The notes under the pieces were generated by a model that did no database searches, was not told the origin of the DNA, and saw only the letters and a list, made by a program, of their open reading frames with translations. A DNA stretch of 64,000 nucleotides. It comes from Cyanophora paradoxa CCMP329 (lineage: Eukaryota; Plantae; Glaucophyta). Positions within the stretch are counted from its first letter, which is position 1. Each line of letters begins with the position of its first letter. The stretch is taken from contig QPMI01000114.1 of assembly GCA_004431415.1 (NCBI GenBank), positions 62,001-126,000 of the forward strand. Reading direction: 5' to 3'. Shown here piece by piece: positions 41,543 through 53,989 of the stretch. Position numbers and translations under genes: made by a program.

Positions 41543-44040
41543 GATTATAGGATTCCGGTACCCCCGAAAATTGCGCGAAGGCCCGCGAGCGAGTAAGCCG
41601 GCGCAGTGGGGCTTTCCCCAACGCGGGTGCCTGTTAGCACTGCACGTGGCCGGTCCCAAAACTCGCGGCGCCGACGCCCTACGATCAGCACAGCCCGAAC
41701 GCGCAAAGTAGGTCAGCCGGGCGGGCGACGACAGCCGCAGCGACACCACGGACATCTAGAAGAGCAGTCGCGCCCCTGGTGGCACCGCGACCCGCGCCAG
41801 CTCCCGCGGCAACGTGTTTGAACGGGCCGGTCCCCGCCGCCCTCCCCTGCCACTCAGAGCGCGCCCGAAAGACGTCACACATGTTCTAGAACCAGTATGC
41901 GCTCTATAGAGCTCTCGTCCTCGCTCCGCCCGCCCTCCCGCCAATGCACGCCACCCGTGCATGCACGGCTCGCCTGAGCTCATGCCCACAGCGCACGACG
42001 AACGACTCGACTCCGTGCAATCGGACCCGCGGCTCCGCCAACGCACCTGGAACGCCGGCGCCGGCGACGCGCGCGCGGGGCCGCCCGCACCAGCACGACA
42101 TCCAAGCCCCACGGGGGATCCTGCGAACCCTCCCCGCGCCCGTCATCTACGCCCTTCGCTCACGCCTTTTCAATATGAACTTTGACGCCTGCCGCGCACC
42201 GCCACAGAGCACGCCGGCGCCGGCGACGCGTGCGCGGAGCCGCCCGCGCCAGCACGACGTCACAGGACCACGGGGCCGCATCCCCACGCTCACTTGGCTC
42301 TCCGTGACGCGCGCGCGACGCCCGCAGGCCTCTGGTGGGACGCGGTGCAAGCGCCCCAAGACACGGCGGCAGACAGAGCCCTCTGCCCCCCCTGCGATGC
42401 CGCCTCTGCCGGCGCCGCCGGCGCTGGCATGCGCACCGAAGACCACTACCCGGGCGCACGAGCACTCAAACGCTCGCCCAGCTACCACCGCGGGTCTGAG
42501 CCAGACGGCGCTCGCCCGCTCCAGGGCCCGGCCTCGCCGGGACCCGCCCCCGCGGGGTCAGAGCCTAAAGGAGCTCGCCCGCTGTCGGACCCGGCAACCC
42601 CGGGCTCCCCTGATGCATCCTCGGAGGTGGACAGCACACCCCTGGCGGTCGTCCCGATCACCAGGCCCCGCGCCGCCCGCCCCTCGTGCACGCCGGCCCC
42701 TCTCCCGAGGCGACCGGCCCCCCGCCCCCACCCCCGCTGCAAGCCTCCTATACGGTCGGCGAGCCTGAGGGGCACCTGCGATATATACCTAAATAGGTTG
42801 ACTGCGCCGAGCTCAAGGGAGGTCGGCGCCACAGTCGAACTTTCCTTAGCGCTCGGGACATCCTTGGCCCCCCTAGAAGCGGAGGGCTCTATAGCTAAAA
42901 TGCACGAGGGAGCTAGGCACCCTCCGAGGCTCCTCGAACTCGCACGCAGCGGCGCCAGATGCAGTGCACAGGCACGAAGAAGCCGCACGTGCACAGGGTC
43001 CATATACATATATGCACACACACAGCAAGCGCATCCAGCCCGGCCTACTAGGCTAGGCCTGGACATGGCATGCGCGCGCAAGACCACCGAGGAGGCCGCA
43101 AAGATCTAGCCGCTGAGCTATATATATATATATATATATATAGATCCCCGGGCCCGGCCCCCGCCCCCGGCCCTGGGCTGGCCACCATCTCGCTTACCAA
43201 CTACCAGGCGGCCCAGCGCGTGCTCGCCGAGCTCACCTCGGCCCTCGGGGGCCCCGCCGCCATCGAGGCCCTCCTGGCCGGCCGCCGGGCGGCCGCCGCC
43301 GACAACGCGGCAGCGTAGAAATTTCCTCTCTCGGCACTTTTACCCTTTCGGCCCCCGATCTCTTTCTCTTTCCTCTCTCTACAATTTGCGGTAGCATGAC
43401 TGCCGAAGAAAGGGGCCTTGTGACAAGCCCGCCGCCCTCCTCTCTGAGTTAGATCGCTCCATGAAGCAATGACACCCCCCTACCCGCCCTCGCATTAAGC
43501 CTTGCCCGCCTACGGATCCGCCCCACCTCCCTAAGCATCTCTCCGGCCCGGACGCTTGCGACAGACTAGCTCCACGGCCTGCGCCTTCGCCACGCCCCTC
43601 TGTCCCCTGTCCCCCCTAGGGTGCCCACCCCGCCCGCCACCGCCCGTCCCCGCGGCATACCCGATCCAGCCCCTACCCGGCCCACACTCACCCCGCGCCC
43701 CACACGCAATAAAAATCGGGGGGCGCGCCCGCTACCCTAGCCCGCGCCGCCCCCCTCCCCCCCTCCCTCCCCGCCCCGCTCTCCCCTGACTGATAAGCTT
43801 GGCCCCCACGGCACCACGACTCCCAAATGTACGTCTACACTCACACCTACGACCCCCTCCCACGCCTCCCCCCACAAGAGAAACGCTCAGCTGTAGCGTC
43901 GAGGCGCCTATCCCTGTGTTCCGGCCTCAGGTTATGCTCTGACCCAGAGTTCGGCCTATTCCGAACCGGTAGTGCGTACGATGATGTTACTGAACAAATA
44001 CACTCGTCCTGGCCCTTGATATGGGCTTTGTGAAAAAAAA
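41543..44040 (+). mobile_element. 2.5 kb non-autonomous polyA retroposon Y
   Basis: 15-bp TSD aggtatatatcatag at 41528-41542 and 44041-44055. A8 tail, no RT motifs, internal (TA)n at 43119-43142. Confidence 0.85.
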
Positions 44041-44397
44041 AGGTATATATCATAGTATACGTAGTGCGCTATTTGCTGACAACTTTAGTGTCTTCAAGGC
44101 TTTGCCACGTGCACTTCAGTACTTTCCGGAATTAATACTGTTCCACTTTATTCGAAATGCATAAGGTGCCTGCATACAGCCATATGCATGCCAAAAAGTT
44201 GTCATGGTCAGCTTCGAATTCGAATTCAGATTGTCGAGATATCGATTAATTGATTTAGAACGTAGATCGACATGCATGGATTGCAATTGCTCGTCTTACT
44301 ACTACGTACGAGGTTATAATTATCAATCGCAGCTTGCCCCATATACGAAGCTGCTCCGAGGCTCAGCGGCTGTACATAGAAATTTCAAGCGGAATTT

Positions 44398-46839
44398 TTA
44401 AAAGTTCGCTGTCTGTTTCTCTGCGTTTCGCGGGGAGCGCGATGCCATGATGGGGTGGCCATGGGGAATCACATTGAGGATTCGGATCCGGGCTCTAGAC
44501 CTCGCGAGTTCGCAGCTTGCAATTGCGCAATTGCGAGTTCGCAGCTTGCTTGCTTCGACGCCTGCGGCGCCTCGGATCGGAGGGCTCTCGATGTAGGGGC
44601 CGACCTGAGCGCGGGGCGCGGGGCGCGGGGCAGGAAGCGTCAAGGGGGGTACGCCGCCCGGCGGGAGCGGGGGCACGCGCGCCTTCTCCCAGAAGCGCTC
44701 CGGGGGGATCTTGGTGTTCGACTGGGCCACCGTGAAGCAGCCGGGCTCCTTCGGGTCGAACACCTGGGGGTACCGTGTAAGGGGGGCGAGGGTGGTAGAG
44801 CGATCCGAGGGGGCCTAGAACTCGGGGGTACCCGCTTCATGTCCCACGTGTCGATCATGCTCGGCCACCAGACGCCGAGAGCGAACCTGGGCAAGAACAG
44901 GGGACACGGGGAGCGGTTAGGGGGTACGAAGGCCCCCGACGTCGACCACCGCCACGCCGCGGGCAGCGCACTCTTTGTACACCCCGTGCTGCGTTTCAAC
45001 TGCAGCGGGGATCTCAGAGGGTACCCGGAAGCGCGAAGAAGAAGGGCCCGGGCGGGGTGGAACCGTGGTACTTGTGGAAGAGGCCCGTGGCGGCGGCGTA
45101 CGTGAAGTAGACGCCGTACTCCGTGAACGAGTCCCACCTGGCGATCGGATCAGATCTGAGGCGGCCGGGGAGGGGCGCGGGCGAACGCACACGCGGTCGA
45201 CGAGGTGCTGGCGCCAGCAGAGGCCGAAGCGCTCCTCGATGTGGCGCCCCACGCCCCGCGCCACCTGCCCGGGGAGGTCGAGCCCAGGCCCGGGCCAGGG
45301 CGGGGGCGGGGGCGGGGGCCCGGCGGCCTAGGACAGGCCGGGCTTTGGGGGGCGCGAAGGGGGGGTAGGGGAGTTCGCGCACGCTGGTGCTGAGGACGGC
45401 GGGTGTGACCCCGAAGCGCAGCGCCTGGCTCGCGGGGACCTCCATGCCCAGCACCTGCCCCCGCCGCCCCGCCCCTCAGCCCCCGCTTGCGCTCGAGCTA
45501 CCGCTCCGGTCGGACAGTGCCCGCGGGCCTCTCGCCCCTAGGCCCCGCCCCCGCCCCCGCCCAGAGCACCTTGCCCGAGCCGTTGTACCAGGCGTGCACC
45601 GTCTCGCTCAGCGCCTCCTTCGGGAACATGTTCGTCTTCGCCTGCCGGGGGGGTACAGGCCGTTCGGAGGTCCCCGGGCGGGGTACGCAGATTGTCGGGG
45701 GGAGGGGGGTACGCGCGCCTTCCCGTCCACAAAGAGCTCCGCGAGGCCGCACCTCTTGACCGCGATAACGTCCTGGGAGGAGGGTGGACGGGGAGGAGGG
45801 TACAGGATCGGGCGGGGGGGGGGGTACCGCGTCCAGGGCCACGTAAAACTTCGTTCGAACGTGGGCGGCCATCGAGAGCTGCGCACGGGTGGGTTCGAAA
45901 TCGGCTTTCTGACGGGAACCGTACAAGGGGGGGAGGAATGGAGGGGTACGACACGCGCCTTGATGATCTGCTGGCGGATCCAGTTCGGGACCTCCCACCT
46001 GCGCCCGGCCCCCGCAATCGCCTCATTCGGTCCCCTCGGTCGTCCTAACAGAGGGCCGGGGCGGGGCGGCGCACTGCGCGAGCTCGGGGACGAGCACGTT
46101 CTCGCGGACGACCCGCGCGTGCGGCGCGAGCCACGAGCCGGCGACCTGCGCCAGGAGGTCGGGGGAGCGCTGGCGCCATAGCCCGAGGGCCCGAGTAGGG
46201 GCGGGGGCGCGCACGGCGCGTGCGACCTCGTCGGCCTCCCCGTCCACCGCGACGACCAGCGCCTCGCACACGCCTGCGCCCGGCGGGGGGCTTCAGGAGC
46301 CGCGCCCGATGCCGGCTTCGGCTAGATCATGCGCCACTGTAGCCCTTCTCGCTCTAGATCTGGGCGTCATTCGAATTCTCGGATCGTGCCGGCGGACCCG
46401 CCATGTCGAAGAACTTTTTGAGGCTCTTGTCGAGGATGGCGAAGCGCGCGGCGTCCTTGAGGGCCATCGGGAGGACCAAGGAGACCGCCTCGTCCGCCGC
46501 GCAGGGCGGGAGGCCGTCCCTGCATGCGCGCTTCGGTGAGGCGAGGGCGAGCGGATGGAGCGGGAGGGCGCACGCCGCGCGCTTGGCGAGGCGCCCGCCG
46601 AGGAAGACGTGCGCCTCGGGCGCCGCCGGGCACCGCCCCGAGCGCCACCGCAGCGGCTCGATGTCGCCCGCGGCCGCGCCCGCGACCTCTCCCGCCGCGT
46701 CGGCGCCGGCACTGGAGGCGTGCGTCTCGCCGCTACGGCGCGCGAGGGCCCAGAAGCCGAGCTGCGCTGCCACGAACGCCGCGAGGAAGCGCAGGGCCCA
46801 GCGCTGCGCCGGGGAGAGCCTCGGGAGCCGCCGCGCCAT
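44398..46839 (-). CDS. Type II membrane GT-A-fold glycosyltransferase-like protein (DUF6492-like), many introns
   Basis: TM segment RWALRFLAAFVAAQLGFWAL. Motifs VSLVLP, WIRQQIIK-LSMAAHVRTKFYVALDA-DV (DxD), FGVTPAVL and FTEYGVY. The exons checked join in frame. Confidence 0.7.
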
Positions 46840-48067
46840 CCCGGCTCCGCGCGGGATGCCTCTGCGTTGCGCTCGCCCAAGCTAAACTGCTGCTAAAGGT
46901 GAGGGGGGGTACCAAGCCCCGTCCCTAGCTCAAACGCTGTAAAGCGCCGGCGCCGCGCTGAAAGGCGGAAGCGGACGCCGACAAGACTGAGGCGTCAGCT
47001 CGCCCCGGACAGCGGCCGTGCGGGGGCGGGGCCCAGCGGGGGCGGCCGGGCCAGGTGCGCGGCAGCAGCGGCGGAGCGAACCTGGAGTCGATGACGCTGA
47101 AGCATGCGCAGCCGGCGAGGCGGCGGGCGAGGAAGCGGGCGGAGGGGCAGGTGGCGCCGGGCCCTGCGCATAGCCTGCGCGCGCAGGGCCGAGGCGTCAG
47201 CTCGCCCCGGATCGGACAGCCGCGGCGCAGGGGCGGGGCCTAGCCCGGCGCGACGTACTAGGAGCAGCTGCGAATGCTGCGACGCCGCGGCCGCCACACT
47301 CTGCTACGGAACGCCGGCCGCGGTTCAGGCCACGCATACGTGGGGCCGAGGCGTGCAAGTGGCGACCCGCCCCGTGCTTGAACTGCGCTTGAAGAGCTTG
47401 ACAACATCGAGCTGGATCCGGAGTCTGCTTGATCATGAATCGGAGTCCGTCAGAAACCGAGAGCGCTAGCGTTGGCAAAACGCCGCGGCCGCGGGAGCGC
47501 ACACAGCCGGCGTCGCGGCGTCTCGGGCGCCTTCTTCCTGCACTCTCGCGGCGCTCTCCGCCACCAGGAGCGCATCCGCGGCTGTTCCCGCACGGTGCAG
47601 GTGTCGCCGCCGAGGCCGCAGCCGGAAGCGCACCGGAACGCGACGTTGCGGGCGCGCCGCTCCGGCGCGTGCTCCGCATGCGGATCATCGGATGCTCGGC
47701 CCCGGCCCGCGACCTCGACCTCTGGCATGTACATGTGTACCCAGCAAAAACTGAAACTCTCAGGAGCACTTTTTTCCGGCGCCCGGTACAACAGGTACTT
47801 GAGGCGGCCTAGCGCGCCACGCGCCGCTTCTCGAGCCCAGGCATGTATGACTGAGTTTGTAGAGCGCATTGGTAGCATTCAGGAGCACGTGGTCCGGCGC
47901 ATATAGCAATAGCAGGTGAGGAGCGGCTTCGACATGTTTGCGCAGCCCCGCACTTGCATTTTTTTCGCCGCTCGCAGCGGCTACGATGCGATCACACCTA
48001 TACGAGAGCGCATGCAAAGAATCTTATCTTACAAAAATTGCTAACACAGAAAGTACGCCGCACCAAT

Positions 48068-48145
48068 TCACCAGGGGAGCAAGGGAGGGGGTACCCCCCC
48101 TTGCAATCACCAGGGGAGCAAGGGAGGGGGTACCCCCCATTGCAA
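48068..48145. repeat. Two tandem 39-bp units, each an imperfect palindrome centred on GGTACC
   Basis: tcaccaggggagcaagggagggggtacccccc..tgcaa at 48068 and 48107. Confidence 0.85.
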
Positions 48146-48230
48146 TTACCACTTCCCAAAAAAAAGGCTGATACGCGATCGCAGCTACCGTATAACACAA
48201 TATTAATGCGCTCAATATTAATGCGTTTTT

Positions 48231-51200
48231 GGACCCGGAAGCCTTGCGGCACCTCAAATCGGAGCTCCAGCGTCGCGTACGGGCCTGGGAGCTTGGTGAG
48301 AAGCGCAGGCAGAAGGATGCCTATATCTCTTCTGTCCAAGCCCTCGAAGCTCTCATCCGTCGCCACGCCACCGGTTCTATTGACGATATCGCTTTCCGTT
48401 CATTGCGCACTTCTATGATGCGCACCTTAAATTCTCTCGTGTCTGAATATGCCAGACAGCATTCGCGCAACGAGATTCGTTTCGCCGCTGCGCAAGATGG
48501 TCGGTCCAGTAAAGCCTTTTTCGAACATTATTTACCGGATTCTCATGCTCAGTTCACCGAGGGGCTTCGGGCCCCGGACACCGAAGGCCCGGAGGCCGCG
48601 TCAGACGACCCCCGTACTTTGCTTGAGCTTTCTTCCGCCTATTACGCTCATCTATATGACGGTGCTGCAGCTCAGGCCGCGGTTGATCAGTCGTTAGCTG
48701 AGCGGTCTGGCGTTGCCTCTCTCTATTCCCTCACCGCCTGCTCCCTACTGAGTCTGCTGATCTTGACTCTGACCTATCGCCTGGAGAGCTGCTTCGCGCT
48801 TTTAAGGAGATGTCTGGCGGCGCCAAGTCCCCTGGCATTGATGGCCTCCCTGCTGAGTTTTACGTTCGCTTTTTTGATGAGATTGGCCCCGACTTCTGTG
48901 CTTATATCTCTGCTATGTACGAGTCCGGACAAGCTTCCGAGTCTTTGCGGCACGTCCTTATTACTCCTATAACTAAGCCGGCTACGGACCCTACTTTGAT
49001 CGCAAATCGCCGCCCAATTTCCCTCTCTAATGTTGAGGAGCGTGCAATCGAACGCGCCCTTTCCAATCGTTTAACGCCACTCATGCCTGGCCTTGTATCC
49101 CGCTTTCAGTCTGGCTTTATTCATCGTCGCTCCGCAGTGCACCAGGTTATGCTCGTCTATCTTTTAATGCATTACGAGGGCGGTAATCCTGAGCTTGAAC
49201 AGCTGTGCTTCGGATTTCTCGATTTTTCAAAAGCTTATGACCGCGTTAACTGGAGCTTCCTTTTTTGGTCGCTTGAACAGTTCGGCTTCGGCTCTCAGTT
49301 TATTAAGTGGGTTCGCTTGCTCTACTCCGATCTACAGGGCTCTGTTCACATTAACGGCTGGAGATCGGCCCCTTTCCCCATTCGATGCGGAGTGCGTCAG
49401 GGTGGCCCCCTATCGCCCTATTTATATAATCTGTGCACGCACCTGTTAGCCCTTTTGATCAATGCTGACGTGCGTATACGAGGCGTCCGCCTTTCTTCTA
49501 GCTCTCTCTGTAAGGTACTCCAGTTCGCGGACGATACTGTTCCTTTAATTTCTTCTTTTGCCGAACTGCCCTTCTGGAAAGAGTGCTTTGATAAATATTG
49601 CCGGCTGTCTGGTGCCCTAATTAATCTCGAGAAGTCTAACCTTCTTCCGCTCCGCGATATTCCTGCGGACGTGTGGCCTAGCGTCGAGGACTGTCCCTGG
49701 CGGCGTCTCCAGGTGACGGATCTCCCTCCCGCTGAGAAAATTCGCAAGTACTTGGGCTTTCCGCTTGAGCCCAATCTGTCTCGATTCTGGCGTAAGAAAA
49801 ATGCTGCTCTTGATATTCGTGTGCAGCAAGCGAAAACCTATCGCATGCCGATGCGCTCCGGCGTTCTCCTTGCCTGGGCGGTCTTTATTGGATCCCTGCA
49901 TTATGCTCTGTATTTGCTTGACCCCCCCGATGCCCAGTATACTACATGGCAAGAGAAGCTTCGCTCTTTTGCCGGCGTGAGTGGGCAACTTTCGAAGTAT
50001 ATTTCTCCTCTGCCGTGGCGTCAAGGTGGTCTCAATTGCCCTGATATTCGTGTCTTTTCTTTATCACTGAAAATGAAGTGGGTGGCCTTGTTGGCTGACC
50101 CGTCCTGTTCGGCTCCTTGGAAGGAGTACCTCTTGAGCAAACTGGACGTTCAGCTGGCGCCCTTTTCCTACGGCCCCGCCTTTATCTCGCTTCGTCTCCC
50201 ACTTGGCGGTCTTGACTTGCCTCCTATTTGGAAGCAGGCTTTCTCGGAGTGGGCTCAGCGCCAGGGCGTGTGTCAACCTCGTACTTCACTCGAAGTTTTA
50301 TCCCAACCTCTTTTCTTTAATCCCTTGTTCGATGCTCCGGGTGCCGAGGTTGACTGGAGTCGCTGTGCACGGTCTGGCTTGCTGCGGGTCTGCGATATCT
50401 GGGATTGTACCACCCGGCGATTCCGGACTCCACCAGCTGCCTCCTCCGCCCTCCATTCATTTTTTCCTCGTCTGTGCTCCGCGATCCCAGCAGCATGGCG
50501 ACAGGTCCTTGAGGCCCTCGCCCGCCAACTCAACATCTCTGGTGGTCTGGACCGGACACCTCGGTTGCTCTTCTCCGGGGCCCGAGCGGTACTTTTGTTG
50601 CCTTCCCCGTTCGCGATAACCAGATAATTCCGCGGGTGCTGGATTACGTGCCGCGTGTTCCTCGCCGCCCTGCGGCTTCCCACCCTGTGGGCCCATCCTC
50701 CAATTCAATTTTGTCTCGCTTGCTCCCGCTGCACGTTTGCTTTAGCGCTGTCTTTCTCTCTCTGCGCCGCGGAACCCTGCCCGGTCTCTTCATTCTTGGT
50801 GCAGGCCCTTCTGCCTTCCTTTCTTTTGATAATCTTGCATTCACGTTTGCTCGTATGCTTCCTCTCCGCCTCTCATCTGTTCGTCGCTTCTACTGCCTCG
50901 AGGTCCAGCGGCGTCGCGATGTATCTAGCCACGCTCAGATGCCCGATGCTAAGTGGGGGTTCCCCGGCGCCTTGTCTCCGTCCCGTCTTCCTAATCTTGT
51001 CGTCCTTCAGTGCTTCCCGATGCTTTGGATCGATGCTGTTTACCGTCTACATTTCAAATTGTATCGTTTGGGCGAACACTCGCCCCGCCGTCGTTTCTGC
51101 CGTGTTTGTAATGACGGTTCTGCTCGCTCTCACGCGCACGTTTTTTCTGAGTGCCCCCTTTCTCGTTCGTTCTGGGATTTCATTCGAGAACGCCTGCAGT

Positions 51201-53783
51201 TGTGGGCGTCTGCTCTTCCGCCTGATGAGCGTGAGGAGGTCGCGGTGCCTGACCTCTCTCTCCTCCACATCCTCTCGGTCCCAGATTTTTCTGGACCCAT
51301 TTTACGCAGTACAGTTAACCCCACCTTCTGCCTTCGATCACTTGGAGCAGTCCTCGCTGGCGTATTTTCCATACAGCAGGTTGCTCGCGCTCGGTGCGAT
51401 CAAGAGGAGGCTGACGTTGATGCACCTTCTTACAACCGTGCCGCGCTTGTTGCCGCCTGGGACAGAAATATGTCATCCCTAGAGTTCACCCTTCCACAGG
51501 CCTCGGCCTTGTTGGAAGAGCGGCGCGCTCGTTTGGCTGCTGCTGATGCTGATGATCAGGTTGCCACGGATGATGACGAACATAATTCAGAGTCTAGTGC
51601 CGGTTCTCATCGTTCTAATTCAAGCTCTGATTCTGACTCGTCCGGCGCTCCTTCTTCGGGCGGCGCTGACGACGACCTCGTCTCTTCGCGTGACATTAAT
51701 TCTGTCCTCCGGAATCCAGCGGAGTTCGCCGTTCGTGGGGATGTCCCGTTGGGGATCCCTGGTGGTCGCCCGCCTCCTGCGCCCTCCCCTCCTGTCCTGG
51801 CCCCTATAGTGACCCTCGGGCCCGTCCCCATTCCAGCTCTAGCTGCCCCTCTCGACGCTCCTTTCCCCCCATTCCCTGCGGTCCCGATTCCTGTGCTCCT
51901 TGGACTGCTGGCCCCGCCTCTACCTCCTCCCTCCATACAGCTTGCTGTCACGGGGCCTCTTCACTTGCCAGTTCCCCGGCAAGTCCCTGGTCATCTTGCA
52001 GCGCCGTACCCCTTCTGGCCTCTTCCCCTTGCTCCTCCACTCCCGCCCCCGCGCGGCACTCTTTCTGACATACTCCTGGTTCAGCCCCCTCTTCAGCCCA
52101 TCCTTCTTGCCCCTGCTTCTGCAACTGTGACGCCGAGCGGCACTATCTTTTTGAATGCCCCTCCCGCTGCTACGTCCCCGGTCTCTTTACGTCTGCATCC
52201 ACTTTCCCGGATCCGAGTGCACGCCTCCTCGCCTCCAGAGCTCGCCATCACTCCGGCCTCCCTCGCCTCTGCTCTTGATTCTCCATACCCTTCGACCAGC
52301 CACACGATATCTCCTCCTCCACGTGCACCCTCCCTTCCCCCCTCGAGCTCCTCGGCATCTGCCCCGCTTCCGAGTGTCGGCGAGACTGTCCTCTTTTCGG
52401 TCTCCCCGTCATTCCGACTCCCTGCTCCCCCTTCAGCGCCTCGGGTCCCTTCTGCAGGTCCTGTCCCACTTCCTGGCGCTCGTGAGATTCGCCGCCGGCG
52501 CCCTCGTCGGGCCCTTGCGCCCTCGAGCCCGTCTCTCTCTGCGCCGCCCATGGCCCCCGTGTCGTCTGATCCGGCGCCACCCGACCTTCCTTCTGTTTCG
52601 CTGCCCTCTCTTCGGCGCCGGCAGCGATCCTCGTCACCTGCTCGTGACCCTTCCCCTGCCTCCGACCCCTCCTTGGCTCCCTCCTTGCCTCTTCCGCCTC
52701 GTAGACCTCCGCCGTGTTCCCGTCGTCGGATCTCTAGATCGACCCTCGACTCTCCGCCTTCCGCTGTCTGCGGGGTTCCTCCGCCGCCGTGCTCAGCGCC
52801 GGCAGTCAGTGCTTTTCTCGATAACCCCCCCGTCTTGGCTCCTCGGGGGCCTCTTCGTCGTCGTCGTTCGCTGGGTTCCGGCTCCGGGTCAGATTTCTCG
52901 CCGGGCTTCCCTTCTCCCGGCCCTGCTCCCGGGCCCTCAGCTCCGGGACCGGCTTCTCCGCTCTCTTCCCGGACTCATGGTCGCACCCGTCGCCGGCTTG
53001 CCGAGCCTGCGTCTTCTTCTGGTTCTCTCCGGCGGGTTGCCGGGCCGGGCCCTCCGGTCCTTGTCCTTGGCGCCGAGCCGCCGCCTCTAGATCTGGCTTC
53101 GAATTCGTCTTCTGCTTTGCTGGTCGTATCCCGCCGACGCCGGCGTTCTCCGACTAGTTTAGTTCGGTCTGATTCGGATTCCGATCGTAGTGTAGATGCT
53201 CGAATTACTCTCCGTGCTAGTCCTTTTACTCGACCTGTCGTTCGCCGTCGTTGCAGTTCGATTGCCCGCCTCGGCCCCAGCCGACTTTAGTGATTCCTTT
53301 GACTGTCCTTCTGCCTGTTTTTGATCCGCCTAATCCGTCTTCTGTATCCTCCTCATGCCGTAGCTCTGCCCTTTCGCATCGTCCTGCTTTGCCTCAGCCT
53401 CCACATCGTCTTGTTGTTCCGCTTACCTGTCTGCTTCCTGTGATTTATCTTTCTCAATTCTGTCTTCCGCTTGTTAGTGATGTGGATCACTTCGCTGTTG
53501 ATGGTATTTCTAGCTCTAGCTCTCCTTCTTGTCTGTCGTCCTTTAAATCTACTTCTAGATCTGCTCCGTCTGGTTCGCTTACTGTGTCTTCTCGATCCGC
53601 GCATTTCATTGTCTCTAGATCTGCGTCTTTCCTTTTTATTGTCGATTTTGGCTCTTTGTCTTGTCTTTCTTCGTCATATTGTCTTAGTTACTTTGCTTCG
53701 AGTCTTTTGTCTATATGCCCCCTGGGCAGCCCCCGCAGTGCTGGTGTCTAGAGACTGTGGCCGGTAATTCACCAAAAACAAAA
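48231..53783 (+). mobile_element. 5'-truncated L1/Tx1-like LINE
   Basis: Frameshifted ORF2 pieces at 48229-48972, 48810-50627 and 50636-53290. Pyrimidine-rich 3' region ending aaaaacaaaa. Lies between the two MITE halves; no TSD seen. Confidence 0.85.
48810..50627 (+). pseudogene. L1/Tx1-type reverse transcriptase segment; zf-RVT-like finger follows at ~51098
   Basis: KSPGIDGLPAEFY, RRPISLSN, DFSKAYDRVNW, GVRQGGPLSPYLY, QFADD and KYLG. Downstream CRVC..HVFSEC. Confidence 0.9.
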
Positions 53784-53989
53784 TTGCGGCACCAAATTAA
53801 TGCGTTTTGAAGCCTTTTCGCTGCCGCAGTGCTGTAGGGGGTACACACCGCAGTTTCTTAGCGCTTCTATATTAATGCGCCCCCAAATTAATGCGTTTTG
53901 CCAGCGGAAAACGCATTAATTTGGGGGCGCATTAATACTATGTGCGCACTAATATTCTGTTATACGGTACACTGATATCAGTATCGGGA

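Larger units (their letters stand above)
48188..53967. mobile_element. Tc1/mariner (pogo-like) MITE of ~230 bp net, interrupted by a LINE
   Basis: TIRs ccgtataacacaatatta (48188-48205) and taatattctgttatacgg (53950-53967), 17/18 match. TA on both sides. Repeated attaatgcg motif. Confidence 0.85.

Noticed and set aside
43929-44000. Hammerhead or HDV ribozyme in Y or at the E3 5' end
   Set aside because: No CUGANGA..GAAA core with suitable stems, and I could not build an HDV double pseudoknot by eye.
46990-47950. Possible additional host gene
   Set aside because: Some exon-like sequence is present, but no consistent frame or domain could be established.
48020-48170. Short A-tailed retroposon around the 39-bp repeats
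   Set aside because: An A-run is present but no convincing TSD.
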